Of a stretch of 64,000 bases of DNA, positions 51,066 to 62,558 are shown in pieces. The notes beneath the pieces were generated by a model. The model saw nothing but the letters and a program-made list of their open reading frames with translations, searched no databases and was not told where the DNA came from. Each line of letters opens with the position of its first letter. The stretch's first letter is position 1. Both the position numbers and the translations under genes were made by a program. The stretch covers positions 13,197 through 77,196 of the forward strand of contig JAJOJF010000036.1 of NCBI GenBank assembly GCA_021208885.1, read 5' to 3'. This DNA comes from Burkholderiaceae bacterium. GTDB lineage: Bacteria > Pseudomonadota > Gammaproteobacteria > Burkholderiales > Burkholderiaceae_B.

Positions 51066-52048
51066 ATCACTTTAGCTGTCATAAGGTCATGCATGTGCAA
51101 TGCACCAATCAGTTTACCGGCATTGTCAGCCACCAGGATTTGGCTGATCTTTCGCTCATCCATGGTGCTGGCGGCATCGACAGCCAAAACGTCAGGCCCA
51201 ATGTGCTGGGGGTTATGTGACATCCCGCTCTGAACCGTTAACCCGCGGATGTCGCCAGTAGACTCAAGCAAGCGACGCAAGTCGCCATCGGTAAATATGC
51301 CAACAGCAATGCCTTGATCATTGACGATGGCAGTCATGCCCATGCCCTTGCGTGACATTTCGTCTAGCGCATCCGTGATCTTCGCTGAGGGAGCAACTTT
51401 GGGAACCGCGGTTCCCTGGCGCATGAGATCCCTTACTCGAGTCAGTAACCGTCGGCCTAAAGCCCCGCCGGGGTGGGACCTCGCAAAATCCTCGGGGGTA
51501 AATCCACGGGCATTGAGGCAGGCAACCGCCAAGGCGTCACCCATGGCCAGTGCTGCCGTCGTGCTGGCAGTCGGTGCCAGATTCAGGGGGCATGCCTCAT
51601 TTGATACGCTGACATCGAGGTGCACGGTTGAGGCTTGCGCCAAGTCGGATTGCGGGTTGCCCGTCAGAGCGATCACTGGAACATTGAGCCTGTGTGCTGC
51701 GGCAACTACGGTCAAAAGCTCCTCACCGCTACCTGAGTGAGAAAGCGCTAGCAGCATGTCCTGCTGCGTGAGCATGCCAAGGTCACCATGCAGGGCTTCA
51801 GCCGCGTGCATGAACATCGCTGGCGTGCCGGTCGAAGCCAGCGTTGCAGCGACTTTTCGGGCAATGTGGCCGGTTTTGCCAAGGCCGCAAACGATGACCC
51901 GGCCGCGGCATGCCAACAAAAAACTGACAGCCTGAACGAACTTGTCATCGAGCCGCTGTTTCAGGTCGAGCAGTGCTTGAGCTTCGGTGGCCAGGGTTTG
52001 TTGACCGCTGGCAAGGACTTCCGAGGCATGTTGATTGATTTTACTCAT
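51062..52048 (-). CDS. kdsD: Arabinose-5-phosphate isomerase (SIS + CBS)
   Basis: GKTGHIARK, EALHGDLG, EACPLNLAPT, HPGGALG, GIFTDGDLRR. Confidence 0.95.
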   Translation of the reverse strand: MSKINQHASEVLASGQQTLATEAQALLDLKQRLDDKFVQAVSFLLACRGRVIVCGLGKTGHIARKVAATLASTGTPAMFMHAAEALHGDLGMLTQQDMLLALSHSGSGEELLTVVAAAHRLNVPVIALTGNPQSDLAQASTVHLDVSVSNEACPLNLAPTASTTAALAMGDALAVACLNARGFTPEDFARSHPGGALGRRLLTRVRDLMRQGTAVPKVAPSAKITDALDEMSRKGMGMTAIVNDQGIAVGIFTDGDLRRLLESTGDIRGLTVQSGMSHNPQHIGPDVLAVDAASTMDERKISQILVADNAGKLIGALHMHDLMTAKVI

Positions 52049-52130
52049 TGTCCGATTTTACTCGGGCGATCGTGCTAAAAGTGCGAAGAGCTGCTGTTAA
52101 CGCGATTAATCCGTTTGTTTGAGGTCAGTC

Positions 52131-53354
52131 ATGTCGAATCCACCGTCTGTTTCAGCCACCTGGGGAACGCCACTCAGCCCAGTTGCGCGCCGCGTGATGT
52201 TGCTTGGTGCCGGTGAGCTCGGCAAAGAGGTGGTCATTGCCCTGCAACGCTTTGGTGTTGAAGTGATTGCGGTCGATCGCTATGCCCATGCCCCGGCCCA
52301 ACAGGTCGCGCACCATGCCGAGGTGGTCAATATGGCCGACAGGGATGCGCTTAAAGCGGTGATCGATCGATATAAGCCCGATGTCATCGTGCCCGAGATT
52401 GAGGCTATTGCCACTGATTTGTTGGTCGACATTGAAGGCCAGGATGGCCTGCGTGTGACACCAACAGCCCGGGCCGCGCGGCTGACGATGAATCGTGAGG
52501 GTATCCGGCGCTTGGCTGCTGAAACGCTCGGATTGCCAACCTCGCCCTATCGATTTGCCGACACGTTTGTAGATTTCCAGCAGGCCGTCAGAGAGATCGG
52601 CTTGCCATGTGTAGTCAAGCCCGTGATGTCTTCTTCTGGAAAAGGCCAGAGCGTGATTCGCGAGCTCAGTGATGTGCAGCCGGCATGGGACTATGCCCAA
52701 ACCGGTGGTCGCGTGGGCGCGGGGCGCGTCATTGTTGAGGGCTGGGTCGAGTTTGACTATGAGATTACGCTGCTGACGGTTCGCTACCAGCACCCGCAAG
52801 GCCGCGTGGCTACAGAATTCTGTGCGCCAATTGGTCACTTGCAAGTTGATGGTGACTATGTCGAAAGCTGGCAGCCGCAACCCATGAGTCAAACCGCGTT
52901 GACAAGGGCACAGGAAATTGCCCTGATGGTGACGTCAGACCTTGGTGGGCTGGGGATTTTTGGGGTGGAGCTGTTCGTCAAAGGTGACATGGTCTGGTTC
53001 TCCGAGGTCAGTCCGCGCCCACACGATACTGGTCTAGTGACACTGGCTTCTCAAGTGCAAAGCGAGTTCGAAATTCATGCCCGTGCGTTGCTTGGCTTGC
53101 CTGTGAGTGTGGCCATGCTTGGTCCAGGAGCAAGTCGCGTGATCTATGGGGGGGTTGATGCCAAGGCAGTGGTATTTGATGGCATGGCCGATGCGCTAGC
53201 TGAGCCAGGCACTGACTTGAGGCTGTTTGGCAAGCCCGAGTCTTTTGTGAAACGCCGTTTAGGCGTGGGGCTCGCAAGTGCTGACACCGTCGAGCAGGCA
53301 CGTGCGCGTGCTCGCGCTGTCTCACGAGCCGTCACGGTGCGCGCTGCTGATTAG
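52131..53354 (+). CDS. purT: Formate-dependent GAR transformylase
   Basis: [43 protein letters not shown]. Confidence 0.96.
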   Translation: MSNPPSVSATWGTPLSPVARRVMLLGAGELGKEVVIALQRFGVEVIAVDRYAHAPAQQVAHHAEVVNMADRDALKAVIDRYKPDVIVPEIEAIATDLLVDIEGQDGLRVTPTARAARLTMNREGIRRLAAETLGLPTSPYRFADTFVDFQQAVREIGLPCVVKPVMSSSGKGQSVIRELSDVQPAWDYAQTGGRVGAGRVIVEGWVEFDYEITLLTVRYQHPQGRVATEFCAPIGHLQVDGDYVESWQPQPMSQTALTRAQEIALMVTSDLGGLGIFGVELFVKGDMVWFSEVSPRPHDTGLVTLASQVQSEFEIHARALLGLPVSVAMLGPGASRVIYGGVDAKAVVFDGMADALAEPGTDLRLFGKPESFVKRRLGVGLASADTVEQARARARAVSRAVTVRAAD

Positions 53355-54865
53355 CCCTCGAGAAACAGCTTGTAGGCCGGGTTCTCGGTTTCGTTCCATG
53401 ACGGATAGCCGATCTCGGTCAAAAAGGTTTTGAAGGCGGTCTTTTGACCCGGGGGAACCTGAATGCCCACCAGAATCTGCCCATAATCGGCACCCTGATT
53501 GCGGTAGTGAAACAGGCTAATGTTCCAGTCAGGTCGCATGGAGCTCAGAAATCGCATGAGTGCGCCAGGCCGCTCGGGGAACTCAAAGCGATAGAGCAGT
53601 TCGTCTTTGGCAAGCTTGGAGTGCCCGCCCACCATGTGGCGCAAATGCGTCTTGGCCATCTCGTCGTGGGTGAGATCCACGGTTGGAAACCCGTTGCGCT
53701 TGAATTCAGCAGCCAACTTGGTTGAGTCTTGGGCTCGCTCGACTTGAATCCCAACAAATACGTGAGCTTTTTCTGCGTCAGAGATGCGGTAGTTGAATTC
53801 GGTGACGTTGCGCGGTCCAACGAGGGAACAAAGTTGCCTGAAGCTGCCGCGTTCCTCAGGCAAGGTGATAGCAAAAAGGGCCTCACGAGACTCACCAACT
53901 TCAGCGCGTTCAGCGACAAACCGCAAACGATCGAAGTTCATGTTGGCACCGCAGGCAATGGCCACAATGGTTTTGTCTTTCCAGCGGTGTTGTTGTGCGT
54001 ATTGTTTGGCACCGGCAATGGCCAGCGCACCAGCAGGCTCGAGAACACTGCGGGTGTCTTGGAATACATCCTTGATGCCAGCGCATATTGCGTCAGTATC
54101 AACGATGACAAAGTCATCGACATACTCTTTGACCAGACGAAAGGTTTCAACACCGACTTGTTTGACCGCCGTTCCATCAGAGAACAAACCGACATCCTGC
54201 AGACGAATGCGTTTGCCGGCTTTGATACTGCGAACCATGGCGTCTGAATCCACGGTCTGCACCCCAATGATCTTGATTGAAGGCCGCAGTTGCTTGATAT
54301 AGGCTGCCACACCACTAATCAGCCCACCGCCGCCGATGGCCACAAACACCGCATCAATGTTGTCAGGATGTTGACGCAGAATTTCCATGGCGATGGTGCC
54401 TTGGCCTGCAATCACATCCGGATCGTCAAACGGATGAACGAAGGTTAGCTTCTCACTGGTTTGAAGCTCTGTGGCTTTCTCAAAAGCATCGCTGTAACTG
54501 TCGCCATGCAAAATAACTTCGGCACCGAGTCTCTTGACCGCATCAATTTTGACCGGCGGTGTGGTGGTTGGCATGACGATCACCGCGCGACAACCAAGCC
54601 GGCTCGCCGATAAGGCAACCCCTTGGGCATGGTTACCTGCAGATGATGCAATGACGCCACGGGCGAGCGCTTCTTTGCTCAGGTGAGCCATCTTGTTGTA
54701 CGCCCCGCGCAGCTTGAAACTGAACACTGGCTGGTAATCTTCGCGTTTTAACAACACGGTGTTGCCAATACGAGCCGACAGCGTGGGTGCTTTTTCCAGT
54801 GGCGTTTCGCTTGCGACGTCATACACTTTGGAGGTCAGGATACGTTTCAGGTAATCAGTCGACAT
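53351..54865 (-). CDS. ilvA: Threonine dehydratase, biosynthetic
   Basis: [28 protein letters not shown], two C-terminal regulatory repeats. Confidence 0.97.
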   Translation of the reverse strand: MSTDYLKRILTSKVYDVASETPLEKAPTLSARIGNTVLLKREDYQPVFSFKLRGAYNKMAHLSKEALARGVIASSAGNHAQGVALSASRLGCRAVIVMPTTTPPVKIDAVKRLGAEVILHGDSYSDAFEKATELQTSEKLTFVHPFDDPDVIAGQGTIAMEILRQHPDNIDAVFVAIGGGGLISGVAAYIKQLRPSIKIIGVQTVDSDAMVRSIKAGKRIRLQDVGLFSDGTAVKQVGVETFRLVKEYVDDFVIVDTDAICAGIKDVFQDTRSVLEPAGALAIAGAKQYAQQHRWKDKTIVAIACGANMNFDRLRFVAERAEVGESREALFAITLPEERGSFRQLCSLVGPRNVTEFNYRISDAEKAHVFVGIQVERAQDSTKLAAEFKRNGFPTVDLTHDEMAKTHLRHMVGGHSKLAKDELLYRFEFPERPGALMRFLSSMRPDWNISLFHYRNQGADYGQILVGIQVPPGQKTAFKTFLTEIGYPSWNETENPAYKLFLEG

Positions 54866-54953
54866 AAACCCAGATGCGAAAAAAAAACTCATTATCCCAC
54901 GGGCGAGCGTTGCCTAGTTGCAGCGCTTGGCAAAGCAGGCGGCGGTGCTTCAC

Positions 54954-55409
54954 ATGAACATTGGCCTTATGGCGTTGTTTGTAGCGGGATTTGTGTCTTC
55001 GACCTTGCTGCCAGGCGGCTCTGAGCCTTTGCTGGTTGCCCATTTGGCGCAACAGTCACCCGCTGCGATATGGCCAACGGTGGCTTTAGCGGTACTCACG
55101 GTTGGTCTTGGCAACACGCTCGGGGGCTTGGCGACCTACGGAATGGGACGAGGCGGACGATACCTTTGGGGGCGCTGGCGCCAGGAAGTCGACCAAGGCC
55201 GACAAAGTCATCAGAAAGCCCGTCACTGGCTAGACCGCTGGGGGCCTTGGGCGCTGTTGCTGTCCTGGATCCCGATTGTTGGCGATCCCCTGTGCCTGGT
55301 CGCTGGCGCCATGCGCCTGCGGTTCTGGCCTTGTGCGTTGGCTATTGCCGTGGGTAAATTCGCCCGGTACGTGGTTTTGGCGGGTGCGGTGGTTGCAATA
55401 CAGGCCTAA
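54954..55409 (+). CDS. YqaA/DedA (VTT) family membrane protein
   Basis: FVSSTLLPGGSE, GNTLGG, LLSWIPIVGDPL, GKFARY. Confidence 0.9.
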   Translation: MNIGLMALFVAGFVSSTLLPGGSEPLLVAHLAQQSPAAIWPTVALAVLTVGLGNTLGGLATYGMGRGGRYLWGRWRQEVDQGRQSHQKARHWLDRWGPWALLLSWIPIVGDPLCLVAGAMRLRFWPCALAIAVGKFARYVVLAGAVVAIQA

Positions 55410-55535
55410 TTCCTGCTTCCATAGGGGATTCGGTCGCCAATCTTGCACTTTGCACCTAAAATGCTGTTTTTAAAGCTTTAAGAGTTCAATGCCCACGTGT
55501 TTGGGCGTTTGCTCTGTAACCGCTTGGTCGTCTGA

Positions 55536-58500
55536 ATGAACTCCCCCGCTGCTAGTCATCTGCTTGCCACATCGCCTGCCCAATCTGAATCTCGATTGCG
55601 TGAAATCCCTTACAACTACACCTCGTTTTCTGATCGCGAGGTGGTGGTGCGTTTGCTGGGTGATGAGGCCTGGACGCTTCTAAGCGAGTTGCGTGCCGAA
55701 CGCCGAACGGGTCGTTCGGCAAGGATGCTGTATGAGGTGCTTGGCGATATCTGGGTGGTTAAGCGCAATCCCTACCTGCAAGATGATTTGCTCGACAATC
55801 CCAAGCGTCGTCGATTGCTGATTGAGGCCTTGCGTCATCGCTTGGGCGAGATTGACCAGCGCCGCCAGTCGGACGATTTGCAGCGCGATGAAAAGGTCGC
55901 GGCTCTACTGGCTCGGGCACGCCGCGCTGTTGATGAGTTTGAACGCACTTTCACTGAGACGGCGGATTTGCGCAAACGCGTGGCCAAGGTGCTGGGCAAG
56001 TTGACTGCCAAGGACAATATCAAGTTTGACGGTCTCTCACGTGTATCGCACGTGACCGATGCCACTGATTGGCGTGTGGAGTATCCGTTTGTCGTGTTGA
56101 CACCAGACACCGAAGAAGAGATGGCGGGTCTGGTGCGTGGCTGTATTGAGCTAGGCTTGACTATCGTGCCACGCGGTGGTGGCACGGGCTACACCGGTGG
56201 GGCATTGCCTTTGACTTGGCGCTCGGTGGTCATCAACACAGAAAAGCTTGAAACACTCAGTGCGGTCGAAATGACGCAGTTGCCTGGGCTAGATGATCCG
56301 GTGCCCACGATTCGTGCCGGTGCAGGTGTGGTTACCCGACGAGTGGCTGATACTGCCGAGCAGGCGGGTTTTGTGTTCGCCGTTGACCCAACTTCGGCTG
56401 ATGCCTCTTGCGTGGGTGGCAATGTCGCCATGAACGCAGGCGGAAAAAAAGCGGTTCTGTGGGGCACTGCCTTGGATAACCTAGCCTGGTGGCGCATGGT
56501 CGATCCCGATGGCAACTGGCTTGACGTCACCCGCGTCGGTCACAACTTGGGCAAGATCCATGATGTGGATGTGGCAACGTTCGAGCTGTCTTGGTCAGAT
56601 GGCCGTTATGCGCCAGGGCACCGAGTCATTAAAACCAAGACCCTGGAGATCAAGGGCCAGCAGTTTCGCAAGGTGGGTTTGGGCAAAGACGTCACAGACA
56701 AATTTCTCGCTGGCTTGCCGGGGGTGCAGAAAGAAGGCTGTGATGGCTTGATCACGGCCGCACGCTGGGTCGTGCACCGGATGCCGGCGCACACGCGCAC
56801 TGTCTGCCTGGAGTTTTTCGGTCAGGCGCGTGATGCAATCCCATCGATTGTTGAAATCAAGAACTACCTTGATGGCACTGGCAAGCAGCGAGGTGCCATT
56901 CTGGCTGGTCTCGAACATCTAGACGAGCGCTACTTGCGTGCGGTCGGCTATGCCACTAAGAGCAAGCGGGGTGGCTTTCCCAAGATGGTCCTAATTGGTG
57001 ACATCGTTGGTGATGACGACAGCGTGGTCGCCGCTGCCTGCAGTGAAGTCGTTCGCATGGCCAATGGGCGTCACGGCGAAGGTTTCGTGGCAGTCAGTGC
57101 TGACGCGCGCAAGAAGTTCTGGCTCGATCGTGCTCGTACCGCTGCCATTGCTCGTCATACCAATGCATTCAAGATTAACGAAGACGTGGTCATCCCGCTT
57201 GACCGCATGGGCGAATACACGGATGCGATTGAGCGCATCAATATTGAACTCTCGACACGAAATAAATTGCGCCTTCTCGATGCGCTTCAGACAAGGCTCA
57301 ATGAGCCGTTGCCTGCGGCCAAACTCGATGCTGATGGAGTCTCGCGAGACGAATGGCTGACTGAGCGGACCAGTCAGGCGCTGGAGTTGATCAGTCGTGT
57401 GCGTGGTCGCTGGGACTGGGTGCTGACCCACTTGGACCAACCGCTGCGCGATGTGAACGACGAACTCATCGAGCATGATCTTCAAGCCCTGCTGCCCGCG
57501 ATTGAACAACGGCTTGTCAGTCAACCTGATGCGACTCTGTTCGATATCGTGCAAGATCGCACGCTGCGAATCTCTTGGAAGGTCGAGCTCCTGAAGCATT
57601 TTGAAGACATGTTTAGCGGTGCGCACCTAGCGCCAGTATTGGCTGAGATAAGGCCGTGCATGCGCGAGTGCTCAAGAGCCGCGTTTTTGTGGCATTGCAC
57701 ATGCATGCTGGTGATGGCAATGTGCACACCAACATTCCTGTGAACTCCGACGATTACCTGATGCTGCAAGAAGCCAATGAGACGGTGGCGCGCATCATGC
57801 AGATTGCACGTGACCTCGATGGTGTCATTTCCGGTGAGCACGGGATTGGGCTCACCAAGTATGAGTTTTTGACCGAAGAGGAGCTCGCGCCGTTTCAGTC
57901 CTACAAGCAGGAAGTTGATCCAAATGGCAGATTTAACGCCGGCAAATTAATGCCAGGCGCGGACCTGCGCAATGCTTGGACGCCAAGTTTTGGGTTGATG
58001 GGGCATGAGTCGCTCATCATGCAACAAAGTGACATCGGCGATATTAGCGAGTCGATCAAGGACTGTTTGCGTTGTGGCAAGTGCAAGCCGGTGTGCGCCA
58101 CTCACGTGCCTCGGGCCAATTTGCTGTACTCACCACGCAACAAGATTCTGGCAACGTCGTTGCTAATCGAAGCGTTTCTGTATGAAGAGCAGACCAGACG
58201 CGGTATCAGCTTAAAACACTGGCAGGAGTTTGAGGATGTTGCCGATCACTGCACGGTTTGCCACAAGTGCTACAACCCCTGTCCAGTAGACATTGATTTC
58301 GGCAATGTGTCGATGAACATGCGCGCGCTTTTGCGTCGCATGGGGCGCAAGTCGTTTAATCCTGGCACCACGGCTGCGATGTTCTTTTTGAATGCCAAGG
58401 ATCCGCGCACGATTAATTTGACCCGCAAAGCGATGCTTGACGTGGGCTACAAAGCTCAACGATTCGCCAATGACCTGCTGGCCAAATTTGCCCGACAGCA

Positions 58501-59464
58501 AACCAAAGCGCCGCCGGCGACTGTTGGCAAACCGCCAATGCGTGAGCAGGTGGTTCACTTCATCAATAAAAAAATGCCGGGTGGCTTACCTAAACAAAGC
58601 GCTCGCAAGCTGCTCGACATCGAAGATGCCAACTACGTTCCAATCATCCGTGACCCCGCACGCACAACGAGCGACAGCGAATCGGTGTTTTATTTCCCGG
58701 GATGTGGCTCTGAACGATTGTTCTCACAGGTGGGTTTGGCCACGCAAGCCATGCTTTGGCATGTGGGTGTTCAGACCGTCTTGCCTCCAGGTTACCTTTG
58801 CTGTGGTTATCCGCAGCGCGGCAACGGCATGAACGACAAGGCGGAAAAAATCATTACCGACAACCGTGTGTTGTTCCACCGCGTTGCCAACACGCTGAAC
58901 TATCTTGATATCAAGACCGTGGTGGTCAGTTGTGGGACTTGTTATGACCAGCTCGCTGGCTATGAGTTCGACAAGATTTTCCCCGGCTGCCGGCTTATCG
59001 ACATTCACGAGTTCTTGCTTGAGAAAAACGTCAAGCTAGACGGCGTGCAGGGAGTGCGTTACATGTATCACGACCCTTGCCATTCCCCGATGAAGCAACA
59101 AGATCCATTGAAGACCGTCCAATCTCTGGTTGGAGAGAGCACAATCAAGACCGATCGGTGTTGTGGCGAGTCGGGCACCCTGGCTGTTACACGTCCTGAT
59201 ATTTCGACCCAGGTCCGCTTTCGCAAGGAAATCGAGCTAGACAAGAACATGGCAAGCTTGCGCAGCGACGGCTTTGATGGGCAAGTCAAAATGTTGACGT
59301 CCTGTCCTTCGTGTTTGCAGGGCCTGTCACGCTATCAGGATGACACGGGCGCGCAAGCGGACTACATCGTGGTTGAAATGGCCCGCCATGTGCTTGGCCA
59401 AACCTGGTTGGAAGACTATGTCAAAGTCGCCAACCAGGGTGGGATTGAGCGGGTATTGGTCTAG
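55536..59464 (+). CDS. Large FAD-linked/Fe-S oxidoreductase (DUF3683 + GlcD-like + 4Fe-4S/CCG), frameshift near 57650
   Basis: [52 protein letters not shown] motifs; two overlapping ORFs (55536-57743, 57656-59464). Confidence 0.88.
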
Positions 59465-59470
59465 TTGTGA

Positions 59471-60240
59471 CTAGCTTGCCGTGGACACGGCTTTAACAGC
59501 GATGCCGTGCTCTTTGAGTGCGGCGCGGATGGCGATTGCGAACTCAACGGCATCGGGCTGGTCACCATGCAAACACAGCGTATCTGCCTTGACCGTGACT
59601 GTGCTGCCGTCTTGGGCGATGACTTTGCTTTCCTTGACCATGCGCAGGACTTGTTCGATGGACTGGTTCACATCTGTGATCATGGCGCCCGGTTTGCTGC
59701 GTGGCGTCAAGCTGCCATCAGGCTGATAGGAGCGGTCACCAAACACTTCGCCAGCGGCAGTCAATCCAAGTGCCCTGGCTTCGTCGAGCATGTGGCTGCC
59801 CGCCAACCCAAAAAATACCAATGACTTGTCCACGTCATGCACGGCGCGAGCGATGCCTCGTGCTAAGGCTCGGTCCTTGACAGCCATGTTGTAGAGCATG
59901 CCGTGCGCTTTGACATGGTTTAGGCGCACACCTTGTGATGCCGCCACGCCAGATAGCGTACCGATTTGAGCCACGACGATGTCATAGGCTTCTTGTTCGG
60001 TGATTTGCATGGCGCGCGTCCAAATCCCTGCAGGTCTGGCAGGCCTGGGTGGGCACCAATGGCCACGCCGTGCTCTTTGGCGCATGCGACCGTTTCGCGC
60101 ATCACGCCAGGATCCCCAGCGTGATAGCCACAGGCGATATTGGCAGAAGAGATGTACGGCATGATCTCGGTGTCGTGACCCATGGTCCAAGCACCAAAGC
60201 TCTCGCCCATGTCACAGTTCAGGTCAAGTTTCAAGCTCAT
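59471..60240 (-). CDS. pxpA: 5-oxoprolinase subunit A (LamB/YcsF), frameshift near 60017
   Basis: [26 protein letters not shown] in one frame; [19 protein letters not shown] in the next. Confidence 0.9.
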
Positions 60241-60249
60241 TGCGGTCTC

Positions 60250-61269
60250 CTAATTAATGCTCGCGCGTGCATCACGCAGCCATTGCCGGATACTGGCCAC
60301 AGACACTGACAGCTCATCGAGTGCTTGCGCCTTGGCTCGATCAAGCTCGCGGGCGTGTTCAACATCGACTAGCGTAAAACGAATTTCATCGCCCGGTTTC
60401 TTTTGTGCGAGGATAGGTAAGTCAACGCTGGCTACCGTGGCGATTTTTGGGTAACCGCCGGATGTTTGACGGTCAGCCATCAGCACGATGGGTTGGCCGC
60501 CGCGTGGCACCTGAATTGAACCAAACGAGGTTGCCTCGGAAATCATTTCTCTGGGTGTCTCTAAGGCAATCTCCGGCCCCTCGAGTCGGTAACCCATGCG
60601 CTCGGAATCGGTAGAAATTCGCCAAGTACCGGAAACCATGGCAGCCCGACTAGCTGCTGTAAATTCAGGCCATTGGTCGCTGCGAATCAAGCGCACCAGC
60701 GACTTGCGGCCAGTGTGCTGGCCAAGCGTACTCGGCAAGTAAAGCACTTGATCCCAAATCCGTTCACTCAATGCAGTCAATGTATCTTTGTGATCGACAA
60801 GTGGTGTGCGCAGAGGTATTTCATCGTCTTTCTTGAGCGCCCGTCCATGCCACCCCCCAAAACCGGCTCTCAAATACGTGCTTTCGCTACCCATGACATC
60901 AGGCAGGTCAAACCCGCCGTGTATGGCAAGGTAGGCTCTTGTGCCTTCGGTGGCCGTATCAAATGTCAGTGTGTCTGAGGGCCGCACGATCAGCGGCCGG
61001 TAGCGTGGCACGGGTCGCCCGTTGATCCGAGAATTCATTTGGGCACCGGCCAGACAAATACAGCAGGCTTCAGTAAAGACCAGAGTTGGGCCCAGAAGCG
61101 TGATCTCAAGTGTGGCGCAATCCTCGGTGTTGCCCGCAATCAGGTTTGCCATTTGGTGCGACTGAATATCCATGGCACCTGTGACTGAGACACCTAGGTG
61201 CTGGTAACCCCAGCGACCACTGTCCTGAAACGAAGATAGCAGCCCAGCACGCTTGACGATCATGCTCAT
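60250..61269 (-). CDS. pxpC: 5-oxoprolinase subunit C
   Basis: QDSGRWG, GTRAYLA, SERMGYRL, GSIQVP, ADRQTSGGYPK. Confidence 0.92.
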   Translation of the reverse strand: MSMIVKRAGLLSSFQDSGRWGYQHLGVSVTGAMDIQSHQMANLIAGNTEDCATLEITLLGPTLVFTEACCICLAGAQMNSRINGRPVPRYRPLIVRPSDTLTFDTATEGTRAYLAIHGGFDLPDVMGSESTYLRAGFGGWHGRALKKDDEIPLRTPLVDHKDTLTALSERIWDQVLYLPSTLGQHTGRKSLVRLIRSDQWPEFTAASRAAMVSGTWRISTDSERMGYRLEGPEIALETPREMISEATSFGSIQVPRGGQPIVLMADRQTSGGYPKIATVASVDLPILAQKKPGDEIRFTLVDVEHARELDRAKAQALDELSVSVASIRQWLRDARASIN

Positions 61270-61985
61270 GCGCCACCCTCCTGCTCGGCTTTGATCTGTT
61301 CAAATCGTTGCGCATCAATGGGGACAAACTCAATCTCATCACCGGGCATCAGCAGAGTTGGCTGTGCGGCTTTGTCATTGAACAGGCGCAGCGGTGTGGC
61401 GCCAATAATGTGCCAACCGCCAGGCAGGACATTCGGGTAGATCGTGCTCTGACGGTTGGCAATGCCAAGCGATCCGGCTGGCAGTGCTGTGCGAGGCACT
61501 TCACGGCGAGGCAGTGCAAAGCGTTCGTCGTGAATGCCGATATAGGGATGCCCAGGTGCAAAGCCAATCATGTAGACACGGCAGATGCTGCCGTGATGGG
61601 CTTGCACGACCTCATCTGGACTTAACCCCATGCGTTTGGCCACATCGTCGAGATCTGGGCCGTGTTTGTCTCCATAGCAAACTGGAATCTGAATGCGCCG
61701 AGCTGACAGCTCGGCGCCCTCTGCAATTTGGTCAACGATGTCTTGAACCAGTGCAGTCAGACGGGCGATGGGATTGTCACCAAGCGCCGGGCTCGCGTCG
61801 AAGTAGATTGCCACCGCCGTAAAGGAAGGCACGATATCCAGCACGCCTGGCACCTTGGCCTGACGCAGGCTGTCGGCTAGCGTCAAGCAGCGCAAACCCA
61901 CCGCCTGATCAATCTGGTCACCCAGATCAATTATCAGACAGCGGTCACCTTGGGGGCGTATGCGCTTGATTAGAGCAGATGTCAT
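61266..61985 (-). CDS. pxpB: 5-oxoprolinase subunit B
   Basis: IPVCYG, GPDL, IGFAPG, IYP...PGGWHIIG. Confidence 0.92.
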   Translation of the reverse strand: MTSALIKRIRPQGDRCLIIDLGDQIDQAVGLRCLTLADSLRQAKVPGVLDIVPSFTAVAIYFDASPALGDNPIARLTALVQDIVDQIAEGAELSARRIQIPVCYGDKHGPDLDDVAKRMGLSPDEVVQAHHGSICRVYMIGFAPGHPYIGIHDERFALPRREVPRTALPAGSLGIANRQSTIYPNVLPGGWHIIGATPLRLFNDKAAQPTLLMPGDEIEFVPIDAQRFEQIKAEQEGGA

Positions 61986-62003
61986 CCGTGTGCCGTTACT
62001 GTC

Positions 62004-62432
62004 CTATTTGGCGAACAGCGATTCCATGTTCTTGAACGCTTTGATTTCAATGGCGTTGCCCGAGGGGTCCTGAAAGAACATGGTGGCTTGCTCGCCGACT
62101 TCGCCTTTAAACCGCACGTAGGGTTCGATAATGAACTTGGTGCCAGCTGCTTTCAGTTTCTCGGCGAGTTTCTCCCAGGCCGGAATCGACAGTACTGCGC
62201 CAAAGTGGCGTACCGGCACCTGATGGTTGTCAACCGAACTTGTGGCCGCACTGGTGCACTCGTCGGGCGAGAGATGCGCCACGATCTGATGGCCGTAGAA
62301 ATTGAAATCCACCCAGTCCTCTGAGCTTCGGCCTTCAGAGCAGCCAAGCAATTCGCCGTAGAACTTGCGAGCCTCAGAAAGATCACGTACAGGAAAAGCC
62401 AAGTGAAACGGTGGCATATTGTTGTCAGCCAT
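62004..62432 (-). CDS. VOC (glyoxalase/extradiol dioxygenase fold) protein
   Basis: [34 protein letters not shown]; SD GGAGG before ATG 62432. Confidence 0.9.
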   Translation of the reverse strand: MADNNMPPFHLAFPVRDLSEARKFYGELLGCSEGRSSEDWVDFNFYGHQIVAHLSPDECTSAATSSVDNHQVPVRHFGAVLSIPAWEKLAEKLKAAGTKFIIEPYVRFKGEVGEQATMFFQDPSGNAIEIKAFKNMESLFAK

Positions 62433-62558
62433 GGTTACAGCGCCTCCGGGAAGGAAGTAGTTTGGTTGGTAAAAAGGTCTCGGGGGTTTGTTGGTCGCTC
62501 CCCATGGATACAGCACCACAGTACGACGACGTAACTGAAACCCGAAACCGAAAGAATA

